64,000 bases of DNA. It comes from Convolutriloba macropyga (Eukaryota). The position numbers were made by a program, and so were the translations under genes. Below, one piece after another: positions 1 to 14,429 of this stretch. The stretch lies in assembly GCF_964194025.1 (NCBI RefSeq), contig NC_134472.1, positions 12,524,001-12,588,000 on the forward strand. The letters run 5' to 3'. How positions within the stretch are numbered: the stretch's first letter is position 1; the number at the start of each line of letters is the position of its first letter. The notes under the pieces were generated by a model, which saw only the letters and a list, made by a program, of their open reading frames with translations, was not told the origin of the DNA and made no database searches.

Positions 1-25
1 CGAAAATGATCCTGATATCAAAATT

Positions 26-277
26 TTGGATTTCAACAAAACGATTAAAGAGATCGGGGCAAAAACATATAACATTTGTCGTGAAATTTATTTAACAGAC
101 TACGAGAACAGCGAGTACAATAAACTGTATCACGACAATGTTCACCTAAATTATCGAATTGGGATTCGGTTTCTAAAAAACCACGCGAATTCTAAACGAC
201 ACTTCCGATGGTCTAATCTCGAAAACCCGAGAAACATATCCTACTTATGCCAATACGACAAACACATTCATCTCTAA
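26..277 (+). pseudogene. Possible fragment of an SGNH/GDSL esterase-like LINE ORF1, cut by the window edge
   Basis: The translation contains LYHDNVHLNYRIG, resembling the DxxH block V of SGNH domains found in CR1/L2 ORF1. Only one motif is visible. Confidence 0.3.
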
Positions 278-371
278 CACTTCAAGCTATAAAAAAATGT
301 CGCCGAGAAACCCTCTTGTAAACAGACAGTACTCTAACACCTCATATGCATTTCCATACAACAACAATGCT

Positions 372-374
<3 letters not shown>

Positions 375-425
<51 letters not shown>
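375..425. repeat. (TA)n microsatellite
   Basis: Pure TA run of about 25 units. Confidence 0.98.
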
Positions 426-428
<3 letters not shown>

Positions 429-619
429 CCTTACTAATGTGAGCTAAGTTGCGGTCAGAAATGAGTAGAAAAACGTGAAACCCTCCTTATGATCAACAAT
501 AAACAATATTTGTTCATTCTGGTTTCCTTGCTGCTGTTTGAGGCCTTTCTTCGTCCCGCGTCTCTGACAGCAGTGGGGCGACCACTATGGGAATATCTGA
601 ATTGTAAAAAGTTTTTCGA

Positions 620-1355
620 ATGCGGTGAAATAGCAAAAATCAGGCACTGAATGCGGTGAAAACAAGCTTTATTGCCTGGTAGCAGTGAAAATACATAATT
701 TTACCGCTAATTTTAGCGGTGAATTTACATAAATTCAGAGCTCTGAAAAAAGTGTCCAAATTATGTGAGATAAGCGGTGACTGCGATGAAATTACGTATC
801 TTCGCCGCTTAACTTAGTGGTAAACTTGAGTGCGGTGAATTTAATGGGGAGTAAGGGAGGAACTTTAAGATTTAACCCCCCCCCCCCCCCCCCCCTCTTA
901 AAATTATCACTTAATCTTACATCTTTTTGACACTTTTCCAAGCGGTGAATTTATGTAATTTCACCACTACAGTACGCGGTGTACTTACAAATAATCACCA
1001 CATATCACCGCTAAAATATGTAATATCACCGCTAAAAATCACAAATCGCAAAAATTCATCGCGCTGGTTTCACAGAAAGTAGAAAGAATTTGATCTAAAC
1101 TCAAAACAAAAATACTGGAAGTTAGTGAGAGATGGCGCAGTTGAAGAAGTGCATGACATGCAGGAGGCGAGAGGTTCGAACCCTTGTAAGGGCTGTGAAA
1201 TGTGGTGACTTTTTGTAAACTCACTGCTTACTATAGCGTTGAAATTACATAGCTTCACTGCATTTCACCGCAAAATTAAGTAAAAAATTTGCGGTGAAAA
1301 AAACAATTTTTCACCGCTTATCTTACATATTTTTCCGATTTTTCCGCGACCCGGG
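620..1355. repeat. Degenerate GCGGTGAA/TTCACCGC motif repeat, probably a non-autonomous DNA transposon remnant
   Basis: Many copies of gcggtgaa and its reverse complement ttcaccgc, in both orientations. Confidence 0.6.
1125..1195 (+). other. tRNA-derived sequence (pseudo-tRNA or SINE head) with Pol III A and B boxes
   Basis: A-box-like TGGCGCAGTTG at 1133-1143 and B-box GGTTCGAACCC at 1173-1183, at tRNA-like spacing. No convincing acceptor stem. Confidence 0.5.
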
Positions 1356-2718
1356 TTAGAAACATAGAAAACCTGCAATTGATGACGGACTGAAATTCAA
1401 GCATAGAAAAAAGAGTCAGCAAAAAAATAATAACTGTAATATAAAAAACCTCAACCAAAAACAATATTAAACTGAGAGTGGAAATCAAAAGCAAAATCGA
1501 TAATACAAAAATTTGTACGTGAATCGAAGATCAAGAGCTCAAGTTCAAAATTATTATGCTATCTTGATTAAAACTTTTAATTAGTTTGTCCGCTGAAAGA
1601 GTTTGAAAGTTTTGTTTTCCACAACTCTGCTATCTGGACAGAATTTCAATCCTTTGAGACCGTATTTGACGTGAAATTTCTCTGATTGTTCTCTTCTGTA
1701 GATGCCGAGATTCTTCGTCATCTATTATATGGTCATGGTCATCAAAATATGCATCAGTATATTTTGGTAGAGTGTAAAACGCTAATAATGTAGTCAACTA
1801 CCTCGTCTTGCAGATTCTTAAGGACAGTCATATGATTTCTTAAACCGAACACTTTGGCTTCAAATAGGGTGTCGTATTCTGTGTGGCAGAGTCATAATTC
1901 TTTCCAAAACCAGCTTAAACTAGGGATAAATTGCCTCCGTAAGCGAGATACATATTAAGCTGGGAATCCGCATTACATTGTAGGAATCGGAAATTTTTTC
2001 CGTTTTTTGGATTGTACATTTGGAAACCACTTACACAGAGGCCAGCGTTGACCCCTCCATTTTTGCCATAATTTTGCTAGGCGGTAATTCAAAGACCTTT
2101 GAAATCAAAACCAGGAAGGTTTAAGAAAGAGAAATAGTCATTTTGAATGACATTCTTTAACAAATTTGTTCGTGCTCAAGAGGCAATGGAATCTTTTCAG
2201 CAAAAAGGAAAATTTTCGCAAATGTCTAAGTAACACGCATAGTATACTACCAGTTCTTAACATTTCAATCCCATTTACCAATTTTTTTTTTTTGACAAAC
2301 TTCAAATGAAGATTACAATTTTTGAAATTGTCTTTTAATACAATTGATTTGGTATTCGTCCGGATTTATGACCTTTTATTGTTTCGGAAGAGTTTTTCAA
2401 CTTATATGCTGGAAAAAAGATGCACAATCTGGCAAATTAGCACAGGTATTATAAGAATTAGAATTGCCCACACTTTATTTTGAAATATTGCTAAACATAG
2501 AAATTGAATTGCGGTGGGTTTGCTGATCTCAATCCTGAACGCGGGAATTCTTGAAAACGAAAGCGTAAAGGGTAAGCTGAAAATAAGAGAATGTTCGGAA
2601 ATTATGCTGAAAGCCCTGAAATTTTTTGACCTCATGGGCTCTATAAGTTGAAAAACAGGGAAGTGCAGATTCAATCGGGAAAAGGATATTTTGTGTTTGC
2701 ATGTTTACTTGATAAGAT

Positions 2719-3213
2719 TCAGTCAACATTTTTATCATAGTCATAATCATAATCATAACCGTAATAATAATAATAATGGTTATCAACATCACCACTGTCA
2801 AAACCGTAGTCATAATCCCCTAAATAATAATCGTAATCATCATGGTCATAGTCTTGGTTATAGTCAGGAGCATAGCCATAATCCACACACATATTTCCAA
2901 TGATGTTTCTGCAAAGATCGTAGTCGTAATCCAGATGGCACGTGCACTTGTCCCCAGCACCGAGACCCTCAAACCCGCCGTTCATCGTAGCGCCCAAAAA
3001 TAAAAGCACCATAATGAAACCCACGAGACCCCCTGTGGCAATCAACCCGGCCACAAGTGTTGTAACTGGAAACTGTTTGGCTCTTTCAGCTCCAGGCGCG
3101 AAATCGGACGATTGATTTGTTGGAAAAACGAAACCATTAACATGATTTTTACTGTTAACGTGGAAATTTGAATTAACAGGGACTTTTTGCTCGTAAATAC
3201 TGTTGCTTTCCAT
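2719..3213 (-). CDS. Small single-TM protein with Asp/Tyr-rich C-terminus (DY family copy 1), 164 aa
   Basis: ATG start; hydrophobic segment LVAGLIATGGLVGFIMVLLFLG; DYDY-rich tail; shares PTNQS...KQFPV..L..G..AT with the ORF at 25956-26468; TATA-like TTTATATAAA about 35-45 bp upstream. Confidence 0.65.
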   Translation of the reverse strand: MESNSIYEQKVPVNSNFHVNSKNHVNGFVFPTNQSSDFAPGAERAKQFPVTTLVAGLIATGGLVGFIMVLLFLGATMNGGFEGLGAGDKCTCHLDYDYDLCRNIIGNMCVDYGYAPDYNQDYDHDDYDYYLGDYDYGFDSGDVDNHYYYYYGYDYDYDYDKNVD

Positions 3214-4019
3214 TTTGTCAGCTTCAAATGGTTAAATTGGTATGTGTTTATATAAATTGTTTTTTCATAGTAACCAAAGTTTTCGTAGAGGAAATGTTTT
3301 TTTTCTCTTTGAAACCTACATTCTTTATGAGAACTATTAAAACAGCCTGGGGATTTTTTATATTGTCAACACAACTCATTTTTACCATTCCATTAAAGTA
3401 AACTGCATGTGTCTGCTAACAATTTCGCGCACATTCACGTGACAAAAATGATTTATTTTTTATCTGCCAATTTTGTCCGGGGATGGCGTTGTCGTGATTC
3501 CCCACTAAAAATGTTTGATAGGTAAAGTTTTGCTGTTTATCATAAAAGAAAGTGAGCGCATTGTTTATTACTTTCTTTATTTTAGTCTGCAGCTCTGCTG
3601 AGGGAATTAAGCCTTGAAAAAAATCAATGTTTTTTTTTAGAAAATTGCCAAATTGGTGATATGAAGAGTGCTCGGTGATCCGAAAAGTTAGGCATCATCG
3701 AGTGAGACCTTTCATTGAGAAATGGTCGAAACTTAACCAAAATTTTTGGGCTCAGAACGATTTGTCATTTTAGTTCAAATCATCATAAAAAAGATATTTA
3801 TTCAAAAAATCATTCAGTTTAAAATGGAAAAGTCTATCATATGCTAAATGTTCGTTAGACGGCTTCAGTTTCAATGAGTGGTCAAATTCAAAATCAAAGC
3901 ATCAGTCCGTTTTTTTAAAAAAGTTCCAGTTTAAATTGACGCGAATTGATCTTCATGTTTCAAGGTTGAAATGCTCCCATTTCTATGTCTGGAGTCTTGA
4001 ATTTTAAAAACATACTATC

Positions 4020-5537
4020 AGCAAGGGAGCTCGGTATTGTGTGTCTGCACATAATGGTCCCACCCCGCTCATATATTTTGTTGTCAAAATTGTCTACCAA
4101 ATCAGGACGAGATAGAAAACTTTCAAATATTCAAATATTGTTCAAAAATAATTGGTGTATGAATAGAAAAATTGCATCCACCTCAAATCAGTTAGTAAAG
4201 TAATTAATGCCAAATTATAGAGCCCATGAAACCTACTAATATTAAGAATCAACAATCAATAATTTCAAATAACAACAACAAACATTATTTACATCCAAAA
4301 TTCAATTTCTGTCTGAAAAATACTTAGAAAACAAAGTCAAAGTGGCATCGAACAAAATCTAAACTTAACAAATTAATAAATACTTTCATCGAGAAAACAT
4401 TAGACCAGTCCTTAATGAGACGCGATAACAAGGAGACAAAAAACAAAAACGATTGTAATACCTCTATGAAATTGTAATAAATCTATAAAAAGAACGACCA
4501 ACACAGACAAATAAAAACAAAAAAACCGAACTTAAAGTTTTGGTCTAGAAGCCATTTCAACTGTCAGCAATGCACTAATTTAAAGAAAAATGTTCTATTT
4601 TGCTTTTCTTTCACACCAAAAATGTGATATGCAACCTTTAATTAATGAAACCAGATAACAAATAAGCTTTTTTATAAAAAAATAATGTGATTTCAAAGTC
4701 ATCAAAAAACTTTACCTATAGACTGAAAAAAGTAAATAGGTTTCTTTCGTTCAAACAGATGGAACCACAAAGACCTGCAATTATCAGGCTTTTCTCATAG
4801 GACAACAGAAAATGACCAATAAGGTAAAAAATAATCACACCAAATTCTGTTACCAGATGGAGTCCTAGCTGTTAAAATCATAATTTGTTCACTGAAAATT
4901 TTGATAGATTCGGTTCTGCCCCTTCTTAGATGCCAAAATTGTGATATCTGACCTACCAATAATGTGACAGGACAAAAAAGAACAAAAAATGGGGGGAAAG
5001 CCTAAAAAACAATATTTTTGTGTAAAGCTTTAGCTTGAAAACCAAAACAAACCTTTACTTATAAAGCAAAGCTACAATTAATTTTAAAGGCTGTTCCGAT
5101 TGAGAGACGATGCGATCTGTTTTTGATGACCTTAAGAAACAAGTTGACCAAAAACATAAACAATTGGCAAAGCTCAATATACAATGGTTTTTTTGAAGAC
5201 ATGTTTTTTAGCGTCAAAGCGACCAAAAGATTTCGAATTAAAAAACTAGATAGGTTTCCTGAAACCCTGAAACTACATAAGAAACTATTTTGACCTATCC
5301 TAGTAATCTTTTTAAAAAAACAGGGGTTGCTTTTTTCTCAAAAAACCTTAATAACTGCGCAGGAAAAAAAGCTATTGAAAACAAAAATTTTAATTAGAAT
5401 GCCAACGCTGGACGGGTTTTCTATTGTTACCACTTACAACCCTCTTCGATCCATATATCGCTCGGCCAAAACTGACTGAACAAAAAAACCTCAGTTGTGC
5501 ATATGGCTCCTCCCCCACTAAAATGGGTCGCAACAAT
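4020..5537 (+). mobile_element. Helentron/DINE-1-like non-autonomous element
   Basis: The 5' end AGCAAGGGAGCTCGGTATTGTG...CCCACCCCGCTCAT matches the termini at 25302(-), ~34010(-) and 62520(+). The 3' end CTCCTCCCCCACTAAAATGGGTCGCAACAAT matches those at 11170-11199 and 19658-19695(-). Confidence 0.6.
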
Positions 5538-7689
5538 GATTTAAAAAATTTATGTCAAATTCGGCTCTGTTTTTGTTATGCCTTCCGAACAAAGAAACGT
5601 TGGAACTTAGTTCGTTTTCTTCAGGATTTTAAACATGATCACTAAATTTTATGGCAACCTCGAGGATTTGTAAAAGCCGCAGCATCCACATTTCCACCAC
5701 AAAATTGTTTGTCACTGCAGTAAACAACTGACTCTTACACCCCACTTTGTACCATTCCTGTACACTGGCCCCAGGTCAAGTCCAGGTGCCCTTCTTATTC
5801 ATAGCCGGGGCACCTCCCCCTGTTCCGCCCGTGTTGGACCTCAGAGCGACAGCTTGCTCGGAAGTCAAGAGCATTTTTTGCACTTATAGCGTTACAATAC
5901 ATTGCTGACAATTAGCGCACAAAAACAGAAAAACTTAAAAAAAAACAAATCTGTGAAACTTGTGGAGCATACCTTTTTGGTAATCTTGAGGATACCATTG
6001 CGGTAAACCATGACTAGCTATCGTAGTAACCAGTTTAGCTCAAGAATTCACTGCTTGAGAGAATCGAACGTTTCAGAACGTTTGCGTGCATTTTTTTGTT
6101 TTCTACGTCACCAACGAACAAAAAAACTTGGTTACGTATTTAAACATTGTTATATACGTAATTTATACAGTTTCAAAGTTCTATAAAGACAAAAGTTTTG
6201 CCATAAACATCTTGAAAACGTTTGGACCTTTTACAAAAACGAGGTATTGCAGGGATAGAATGCAGAAAACAAAATACCTTGATCAGATAATCATCCCCCA
6301 AATCCTTCGATATTGTTATCATTCTTATCTCTTCATGACAAACTTTGCTTAATCTTTTTGTTTATGAATTCACCCTGGCAGCAAGTTAGTTCTTTCAGAA
6401 AAAATGGTCAACATCCCTGCGCAATCATCCAGTAGCGTTTCCTCATGTGTGGTTAGTTCAGGCTTTCAACAGCAAACTGTCGACCTGGGAGAAAAAATCA
6501 CTGGTTTGACTGCGCAAAATTTTTTGAAAAAACATAGAGTCAAAAAACCTGAAAACCAAGAATTTGAAATGAATGAGAGGCTACGTGCTCAAAAGTGTTA
6601 TACAACCAAATATTGTGTGGTTATTTGCAACCCACCTTCGACCCAGCTGATGGAAGATATGTTCTTGGTAACACTCATTTTTTTTATTATCTTGGAGTTA
6701 ATTTATCTAAAGACGTGTCATAATCCCCCAGGAACCGGGGCGAAGGATTGTTTGCTTAGGCTATTGTCAAGTTTGTCTTTTTCAAGGAAAAAAATTGGGT
6801 TTATAGCTATCGCCGAAAACTGAAATGAAAAAAGAATCACGTTAATGGCAGAAACAATTTCATAAATGAAAGGCTGCCTAAGTTTGAAGCGGAACTGAAA
6901 GCTGAAGCGTCCAGAAAAGGATTCACTATTTCAACGAAAAATTGCAGCGTATCAGTACTTGTAAAAAAAAAGTGACAGTACAACGTCATATGTGCCTGTG
7001 AACAACATCCATGACCTGGAAAATGTCCCGATAGAAGTTGCAACATATCACCTGATGCTAAGAAAATTGTCAAAAAGTGAACAAGAAGTAGACAGCGAAA
7101 AAAAGCAACCTTGCTACGGACATAATGATTTATTTTTTGCTATTATCTGCCCGTAACTTCCAATAATAAGATTAATACTTAATTAATACATCAAGTGGAG
7201 CCTTGAATCAGTTCCCCCTCAGATCATTTTAAAACAGTTAATCGAAAATAAACATTTTTTTCTTCTTTTGTTTTCAAAGCGTGCCATATTCGCAGCTTTT
7301 AAAACAACCTTTCTGTTATTGATGTCTTTTTGGTCTATTAGGTCGACTTTTATCATTTAATTTTTTAATTCAGTTGCAGGGCGTTCTCTTCATGCGATAT
7401 ATGCAGGAGTTGAACCTTTTCGTTACTTATAAAAGAAGTTTCTATTTTTCTTTACGGTTCTTTAGTTGACTGAAGTCATGGAGTATTCGCAGCTTTCGGG
7501 AAAAGAAAAGAATGTTAGTCTGTTATCTATCTTCTGTCACTAAACAATTTCATTTCTCTTGCGATGGGATTTTTTGCAAATGTGAGGATTCTTGTCTTTG
7601 TTTATTCCGTTAATCAGGGTAAATGTATAACAACGAAAACATTGTCTAAATACGTAATGTTGTCCAATTACGTAATTATGAGCGCAAAT

Positions 7690-10360
7690 GAAGGAATAAT
7701 TCTTCTTCAAAATATAAGATCGATACGTCAAAATGTTGATGAGTTTGTTGTAATGATATCAGCATTAGACGTTACACCCGTAGTAATATGTTCAACCGAA
7801 ACGGGGCTCAATGAAAATTGCGACACACATTGTTCTGAAATAAAAGGCTATCAAAATTTAATTGCTTGTAAAAAAGAAACGAAAGCAGGAGGAGTTGCAA
7901 TCGACGTACAAAAAATATTAAATGGCATAAAGTATCTAGCTACAGAAACAATTTCTGTCAGGTTTTGTCTGTAAAAATTAAACGCAAAAACAGGTGTCTC
8001 TTAATCACAAACAAATACATGAAAATGAACACATCAAAAAAATTTTTTTAGAAGTAGTTCAAAACTACTTCGAAAAAGTTTGAATAAAAGCCTGATTATA
8101 TCCGTTTCCTATGTGGGGATTGCCAAATTGACCATAACAAACCATGCAGCAAATAAGTAGCTTTCAAAAATGTTCTCAACGCTTTTGAATTGCGTAATTA
8201 TCAAACAATTGGCAGCACAAGGGAGACATCCCCCACCAAGAGCGGCATTGCTGTAGCGTATTGTAGTCATAACCTTGATACCTCTATCATCAAGACTCTT
8301 ATCACTGACTATTACACGGTTTCATTCCACGTTAAAGTTAATTGCAAACTACGATCGGATGCAGAACAACCCTCTACTATGAAGCTCTGGAAAACACCTG
8401 ATGATTCGTCAATTTTGACAAAAATGGATTTTAAACTAAATCACGAATTAGGCAAATTTTTTGATGAACGCTACTGTGACTTTGATTTACATTAAGATTT
8501 TATTAAGTTCCATGGTTTTATGGAGGATACAGCAAATCAGTTTATTCCAACTAAAGTATCCAAACAAGCCAACTGCAAACAAAGTGGGGGGATAAAAAAG
8601 TTAAAAATTTTGCTTCACTGAAAATTAAGCTCTACCAACTTTTCTTACGTGACAAATATGAAGTAAGTAAATTAAAGTGCAATCGGATAAGAAACAATTT
8701 GCAAATAATAGCTGAAAAGAAGAAACGCAAACTAGCTGAAAAGAAGAAACCAATCAATGAGATCGAATAGAACAGCACACTCAATATTATTAAGCATTGT
8801 GAACAAAACAATTTTGTCAAATAAAATTCACAAATTGCCGAACAAGTTTTTACAAGATCAGTATTGAGTTAGTAATTTTATTTTAAAAAGTTAGAACTTC
8901 AGCTTGTTCCTGTGCTCACAGTACTATTTAATGACTGCATAAGGAGGCGCGTGTTCCCAGAATGTTTGAAAAGAGCTAGGGTTCTTTCCTTTCATAAATT
9001 GGGAAATGTTGATGATGCAAACAATTTTAGGCCTGTTTTCATCCTACCTATATGAGCAAATTAATTGAAAAATTTTTGTTTGCACAATTGAGCAGTTTTC
9101 TTGTTAAAAAAATGTTCTTCCTCAAAAACAGAACTGCTTCAGAAGAAAAATTTCCATGAGCAACGCTCTGGTCATGCTAACGTCTGAAATACAAAAGTCA
9201 TGGGAGATTTAAAAAAATCCAGCAAAAAGAGCAGCATTATTGGATTTACAAAAAGCTATTGATAGTGTGATTTATAAACACCTGCTTAATGTACTTCTTG
9301 ATCTGGGCTTCAGAGGGACAGTACAAGAACTGATGTCTTGCTATCTATCAAACAGATTTTAGAGAGTTAAAATAGGTAATCAACTATAATCATAGAAATC
9401 TATTGGAAATGGGTTGTCACAGGGTTTAGTTCTTGGGCCTTTAATTTTCATTTTATATATAAATGAGATCACACAATTTTCTAATGATCTTGAAATTATT
9501 CTATTTGCCGACGACACAGTTCTTCTGCAGAACAAAACTAATAAGAATATACATTACCAGGAACGTGTATCCGACATTGTAAGTTGGTTGAATAATAAAC
9601 CCATGATAATAAATTGTAAAAAAAACAGTTGAAGTTATTTTTAGTTGAAGTCACAGGAGCAAAGAAGCCACTATTCCAGCTATCAAAATATATGGTGAAA
9701 TTATTGAACGCAAACTTTCTGTAAAGTAAGCTTTTATTGAAAACCATTTGAAGTTTACCGAGCATATTCAATACCTAATTGAAAAATTCAACAACTTTGT
9801 AAGTTCGTTTTATCACTTGAGAAAATTGCTGACTTTTTCACAGTTAATGTTTTACTATAATATGTATAAACAACCAATTGTTCAATATGCTGTGCTTTTG
9901 TATGGCAAGGCGTGCATAACAGCCCTAGAGCCTCTGGAATCTAAACTGAATCATTTGGTTAGAATTATATGCGGTTCAATTCGTGCTCTGAGGGAACACA
10001 ATCAGATTCTAACTGTAAAGGAACTGCACCTTAAAGAAATCTTAAAATTTTTAGTCATTGTTTTGAGAAATGAGAACATTTTGGAGGCGATTTAACCAAT
10101 AAAACCTAGTGTTGAACTTGAGAAGGTATCAAAGTCGAGAACTACATGTAGATCCATCAAACGATCTAATAACGCAACTGGCTGTAGCTCCAAGTCTATT
10201 GGCGTAAGGGTAAGGAAATTACTCATTATCATGCTTATCTAAGAATAAATTTTACAAAAAGTATAAAAGCAATGAAAAGAAACAAACTGGAAAACTTTGT
10301 TGCTATGTGTATCCAATGTTACATTCAAGGCAATATTGAACTACTTTCAAAATTTTACTG
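7690..10360 (+). pseudogene. Decayed non-LTR retrotransposon ORF2 (APE endonuclease + RT; CR1/L2-group-like)
   Basis: APE N-terminus LLQNIRSI...VICSTET...KGY...AGGVAI; RT motifs QGLVLGPLIFILYIN and LFADDT; many stops and frameshifts. Confidence 0.85.
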
Positions 10361-11099
10361 ATCTTCAATTAAATTTTTTTTGTTGGTTTTTAATTCCGTT
10401 TTTTATCAAATAGTGGAATTTTGTTTCATTTGGAGAATTTTTACTTCTGGTCAACTACCTTAAAGCTGCTTGAAGGCATCACTAGATTAGGCTTTTTTGA
10501 AGCCTATTGATGATCTGTCGGAGCTTACTGATGTGTTTGTGCTGTGTGGATAACATGTCCTTAGCTTCTAAAAAACAATTTATTAATTTAAATTAATAAA
10601 TCAGCAATTATATGACAAGCTTTGTGATGGATAATAATTCAATGGCAAGAAATGGCTATGCGAAAACATTGCATTTTTTATCAAAATTTCATGATACAAG
10701 CTAGAATCAAAATGTAATAACTTTTTGATAAAACAGCTGGTGGAAACTCATCTGGACGTTGCATTGCTAGAACATGAACGGTTTTTATGTTTGACTCAAA
10801 CATTTGGCTATCTTTTTTTAGTTTCCGGTTAGGCGAAAACAGCTGTCCGAATTTCATATCATCTTGATATAAAAGCGTAGTCAAATATTTGTATGGTGCA
10901 TGCAGGTTAATCATATTCTTTCAGCTTTTAAAAGTAGGAAAAAAATTTTATTGCGTATGGTCCTTGTTTGAGCTGATCAATTAAGCCTCTGAGCTGAACG
11001 CCAAAAAAATCGAAGTCAATTAACCGTTCACAAAAGTGTGCCATGGACACATCTTTAAGTTAGGGTTTTGTGACTCTTCTGAATTCACTGATAATTTCT

Positions 11100-11199
11100 G
11101 GTATAGTTTACCTGAATCAACAATCTCAGGCTGATATCTCAGTTATGTCGGACTTCTTATTTCATAGTTCCTCCCCCACTAAATTGGGTCGGAACAATT
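11100..11199 (+). mobile_element. 3' terminus of the Helentron-like family
   Basis: GTTCCTCCCCCACTAAATTGGGTCGGAACAATT: hairpin plus subterminal repeat, as in the other copies. Confidence 0.55.
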
Positions 11200-12799
11200 A
11201 AGCCGACAAATTTTTAATTTTATCTCCCTGGCATCACTTCCTCTAAAGGATTGCTTATTCAAATTTTCAATTCATACTTTATAACTGCCAGCTGAACGTC
11301 GAAATATTTTCCAGAGAGGTTATTTATTATTGGCTTTGTTAAATAATTTTTGTCTATTTAACAAGAAAATTGGGAGGGAAACTTTTAGTTGAATTTTTCA
11401 GAAAGAAAACCTGTTCGAATATGAAAATTCCAGCGTGAAACTTATACTGGGAGTAGCAAAAAATGGGAGCTGATTTTTTTTTTGATTTTTTCTACTGTTC
11501 TTGGTTGTCAATTTAGTTCCCAATATTGAAAATTAATAACGGTTTTGAAAAATTATAAATTAAAACTGTTTTGAAAAATTATAAGTTTTGCTAATTTTAA
11601 GTATACTATCAAAAATTAATTCTGTTGAAGCTTGGCTAATCCAAAATTTTAAGCTTCAAGCAACGCGAGCAATTTTTTAAATTTGTTGGAAATTTGAACA
11701 CCATATTACACATAAACCAATTTTTAATTCCACAAACTGCTCAGCTGGGTCAAAAAATTGCATTTTGGCTGTCAAAAGAAAGCGTTATGGTACAGAGCCC
11801 TGGTGAATTTCTGGGAAGTAAGCAAAACATTAACATTTTTTTGGCTCAGTTCTATACTTCATTCCAAAACTTGACTAGATTGAGATACGCACCCGCCAGC
11901 TTCATAAGTTCGCTGAGCAATGTCATTTTTTGTGGTTTAAGTGGTTGAATTCAAGAAAAAATATGTTTCTTCTTTATTCAAGTTCAAGTTTTATTTGGTG
12001 CCACTCTCAATGGCGCTCTGCAATAACTATCAATGAAAAGTTTTTTGTTTTTGCCCAAAGATAGTTTAACTTACCAGTTTTTAATAATTTAATTTACAGA
12101 GATTTTATAAATTTTTTTCTCGCATGTTGAACGTTTTTTCCTCAAACACACTTGTTCATCATTTGTACGGTAAAACAATAAAGAAATTTGAACTGGAAAA
12201 ATTGGTTATCGTTACTCTTCAAATACACTTATAAATCAAATGATTGTTTGAATATTCTTTAATTTGATTTCTTTATTGCATGAAATTGTGATAAATCCGC
12301 TCATTTAGGGGGCCTTCAAAAAAATTTCGAACAGAGATTTGATAGCGTTTCTTGTATTAGACAGTCTTTTAAGTTGGTCGAGTTAACAACTAATGTTGCC
12401 AAAAAATTATGTCGTTGCGTCTTAGGGTATAATGAATGAGAAAAAAAAATATAATCACTGCATTTTTTCACGGCTTATCACATTTCAATTGTGTTTCCAT
12501 ATCTTTTTTGAAACCAACGTCTCGAGATCGTTTTTCTGACGCCTGAGCTATATGAAAAATCTTCATTTGGATTAAAAAAAGGAGTCATTGTTTTCAGAAA
12601 TGTTTAGTTTCTCGATTGGAAAGCCAGTTCATTACAGCACCATCTAATACGATTAAATCAGTGTACAAAAATTGCGATGTTCGATGCCTCCAAACATTTC
12701 AGATTAAATGTTCATATTTTATTTGAAAATTTCCAAAACGCTGAGAGCTGAACCCAAAAATGAAACAACAAAAGGACACAAACAATCATTGAAATAACC

Positions 12800-13743
12800 A
12801 GGATTCCTCTTATAAGATCTTATACAATTTTAAAAAATTCATCAGATTTTACACGATAATAATTCTAAACTATCAGATCTTACACCAACTAATACTTACA
12901 TGAGCCATAGTGCCTTGTTGAGACTCAGAATAAAACTGCCGCCAAAATAGATCAACAAACTTTTTTTGTTTCATAATTGGTCAGTTGAGCGATTATTTTT
13001 TTAAGTTTCATAGGAACTTGACTACGTTATACGGTTATAATGAAATCATTAAAACATGTTTTATCAGATCCTAAACGATAAAAATTCAGCCCTACGTGAA
13101 CTTTTATCGTGTAAGATCTGATATGATATTTATCAGATCTTATAGGATTGCAATTCAGCAGAATTGAATTTTTATCTTATGAGATCTGATAAATATCTTA
13201 TCAGCTCTTACACGATTAATGTTCACGTAGGGCAGAATTTTTATCGTGTAAGACCAGATAAGATCTAACACAATAAAAATTTTTGATCAGCATCTTATCA
13301 GATCTTACACGATAAAAATTCCAGAATCACGGGGGAAGACTTGTATTTACAATGGCCTGTTGATATTGGCTTTCAATTACGTTCTGGTTCAATTACGTCA
13401 ATCACATTTCATAGGTTGGGTATAGGAACTTGACTACGTTATACAGCAAAATTGAAATCATTAAAACATGTTTTATCAGATCATACACGATGAAAATTTA
13501 GCCCTACGTAAACTTTCATCGTGTAAGATTGGATAAGATATTTATAAGATCTTATAAGATAACAATTCAGCAAAATTGAATTATTTTTTTATACTATCTG
13601 TTAAGTATCTTATCAGATCTTACACGATTAAAGTTGACGTAGGTCAAAGTTTCTATCGTGTAAGATAAGATCTTAATCAATAAAGATTTTTGATCGGCAT
13701 CATATCAGATCATACACAATAAAAAATTATAGAATCACAGGGG
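12800..13743. repeat. ATCAGATCTTACACGATAAAA-motif repeat element, two tandem imperfect copies
   Basis: The motif recurs in both orientations; block ~13010-13335 is repeated at ~13420-13743, and both end in GAATCAC(G/A)GGGG. Confidence 0.75.
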
Positions 13744-14429
13744 ATGTGGCGTTGTTGGGACGGGCTTCGTTGGTCTTTGCAGGTCAAAATATCTTTGCCT
13801 CTGCCTTGTCTTTTACAACCTTCTTCATCTTTGGGTTGCGAATTTAAGCTTGTTTTTATGGGTTGGGGGAGTAGTCAACAGGAAAAATGTGCTTGTGCTT
13901 CGTTTTAATTATTGTGCGGGTGGTGCTCTCAATTGTCATCAGAGAACCGAGTAGATCAGGATGCTTCACGGACGCCAGGAATGGTTTTTGTTGCTGAGAA
14001 TTGATTGAATTGTTAACTTTGGCGCGATCTGCCTGGCTACCTTCGCCCACTGTTGTTCTTTGGCAACAAATTATAGTTTTCATTTCATTGATAACAGTTT
14101 AGATTCTTCATTAGCTGTCGCGAATGAGTGGACCTTTCTTTTTTTACGTCAAAATCAACAAAATCGTCTCGACAATGTTGCCGTTTTTTAATTATTGGAA
14201 GGCCCCTGGAACTTTATTAAAACTATACAGATGATAGAACCTGGGCATTTAATTCCTAGAAACATTGAAAAAAGCTATGCAATCAAGAAATCTTAAAAAA
14301 AATTAATTGTGACTTTGAAAGAGCACTTAAGTCCATAATATGGTTCTGATTTGATTTTTGAACTGTAACTGGCCTTGATAGACTGACTACATATTACCAC
14401 TTTAAATGTGGCATGCAATGTGAACTGTT

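Noticed and set aside
1125-1195. Functional tRNA gene
   Set aside because: Acceptor and anticodon stems cannot be formed convincingly.
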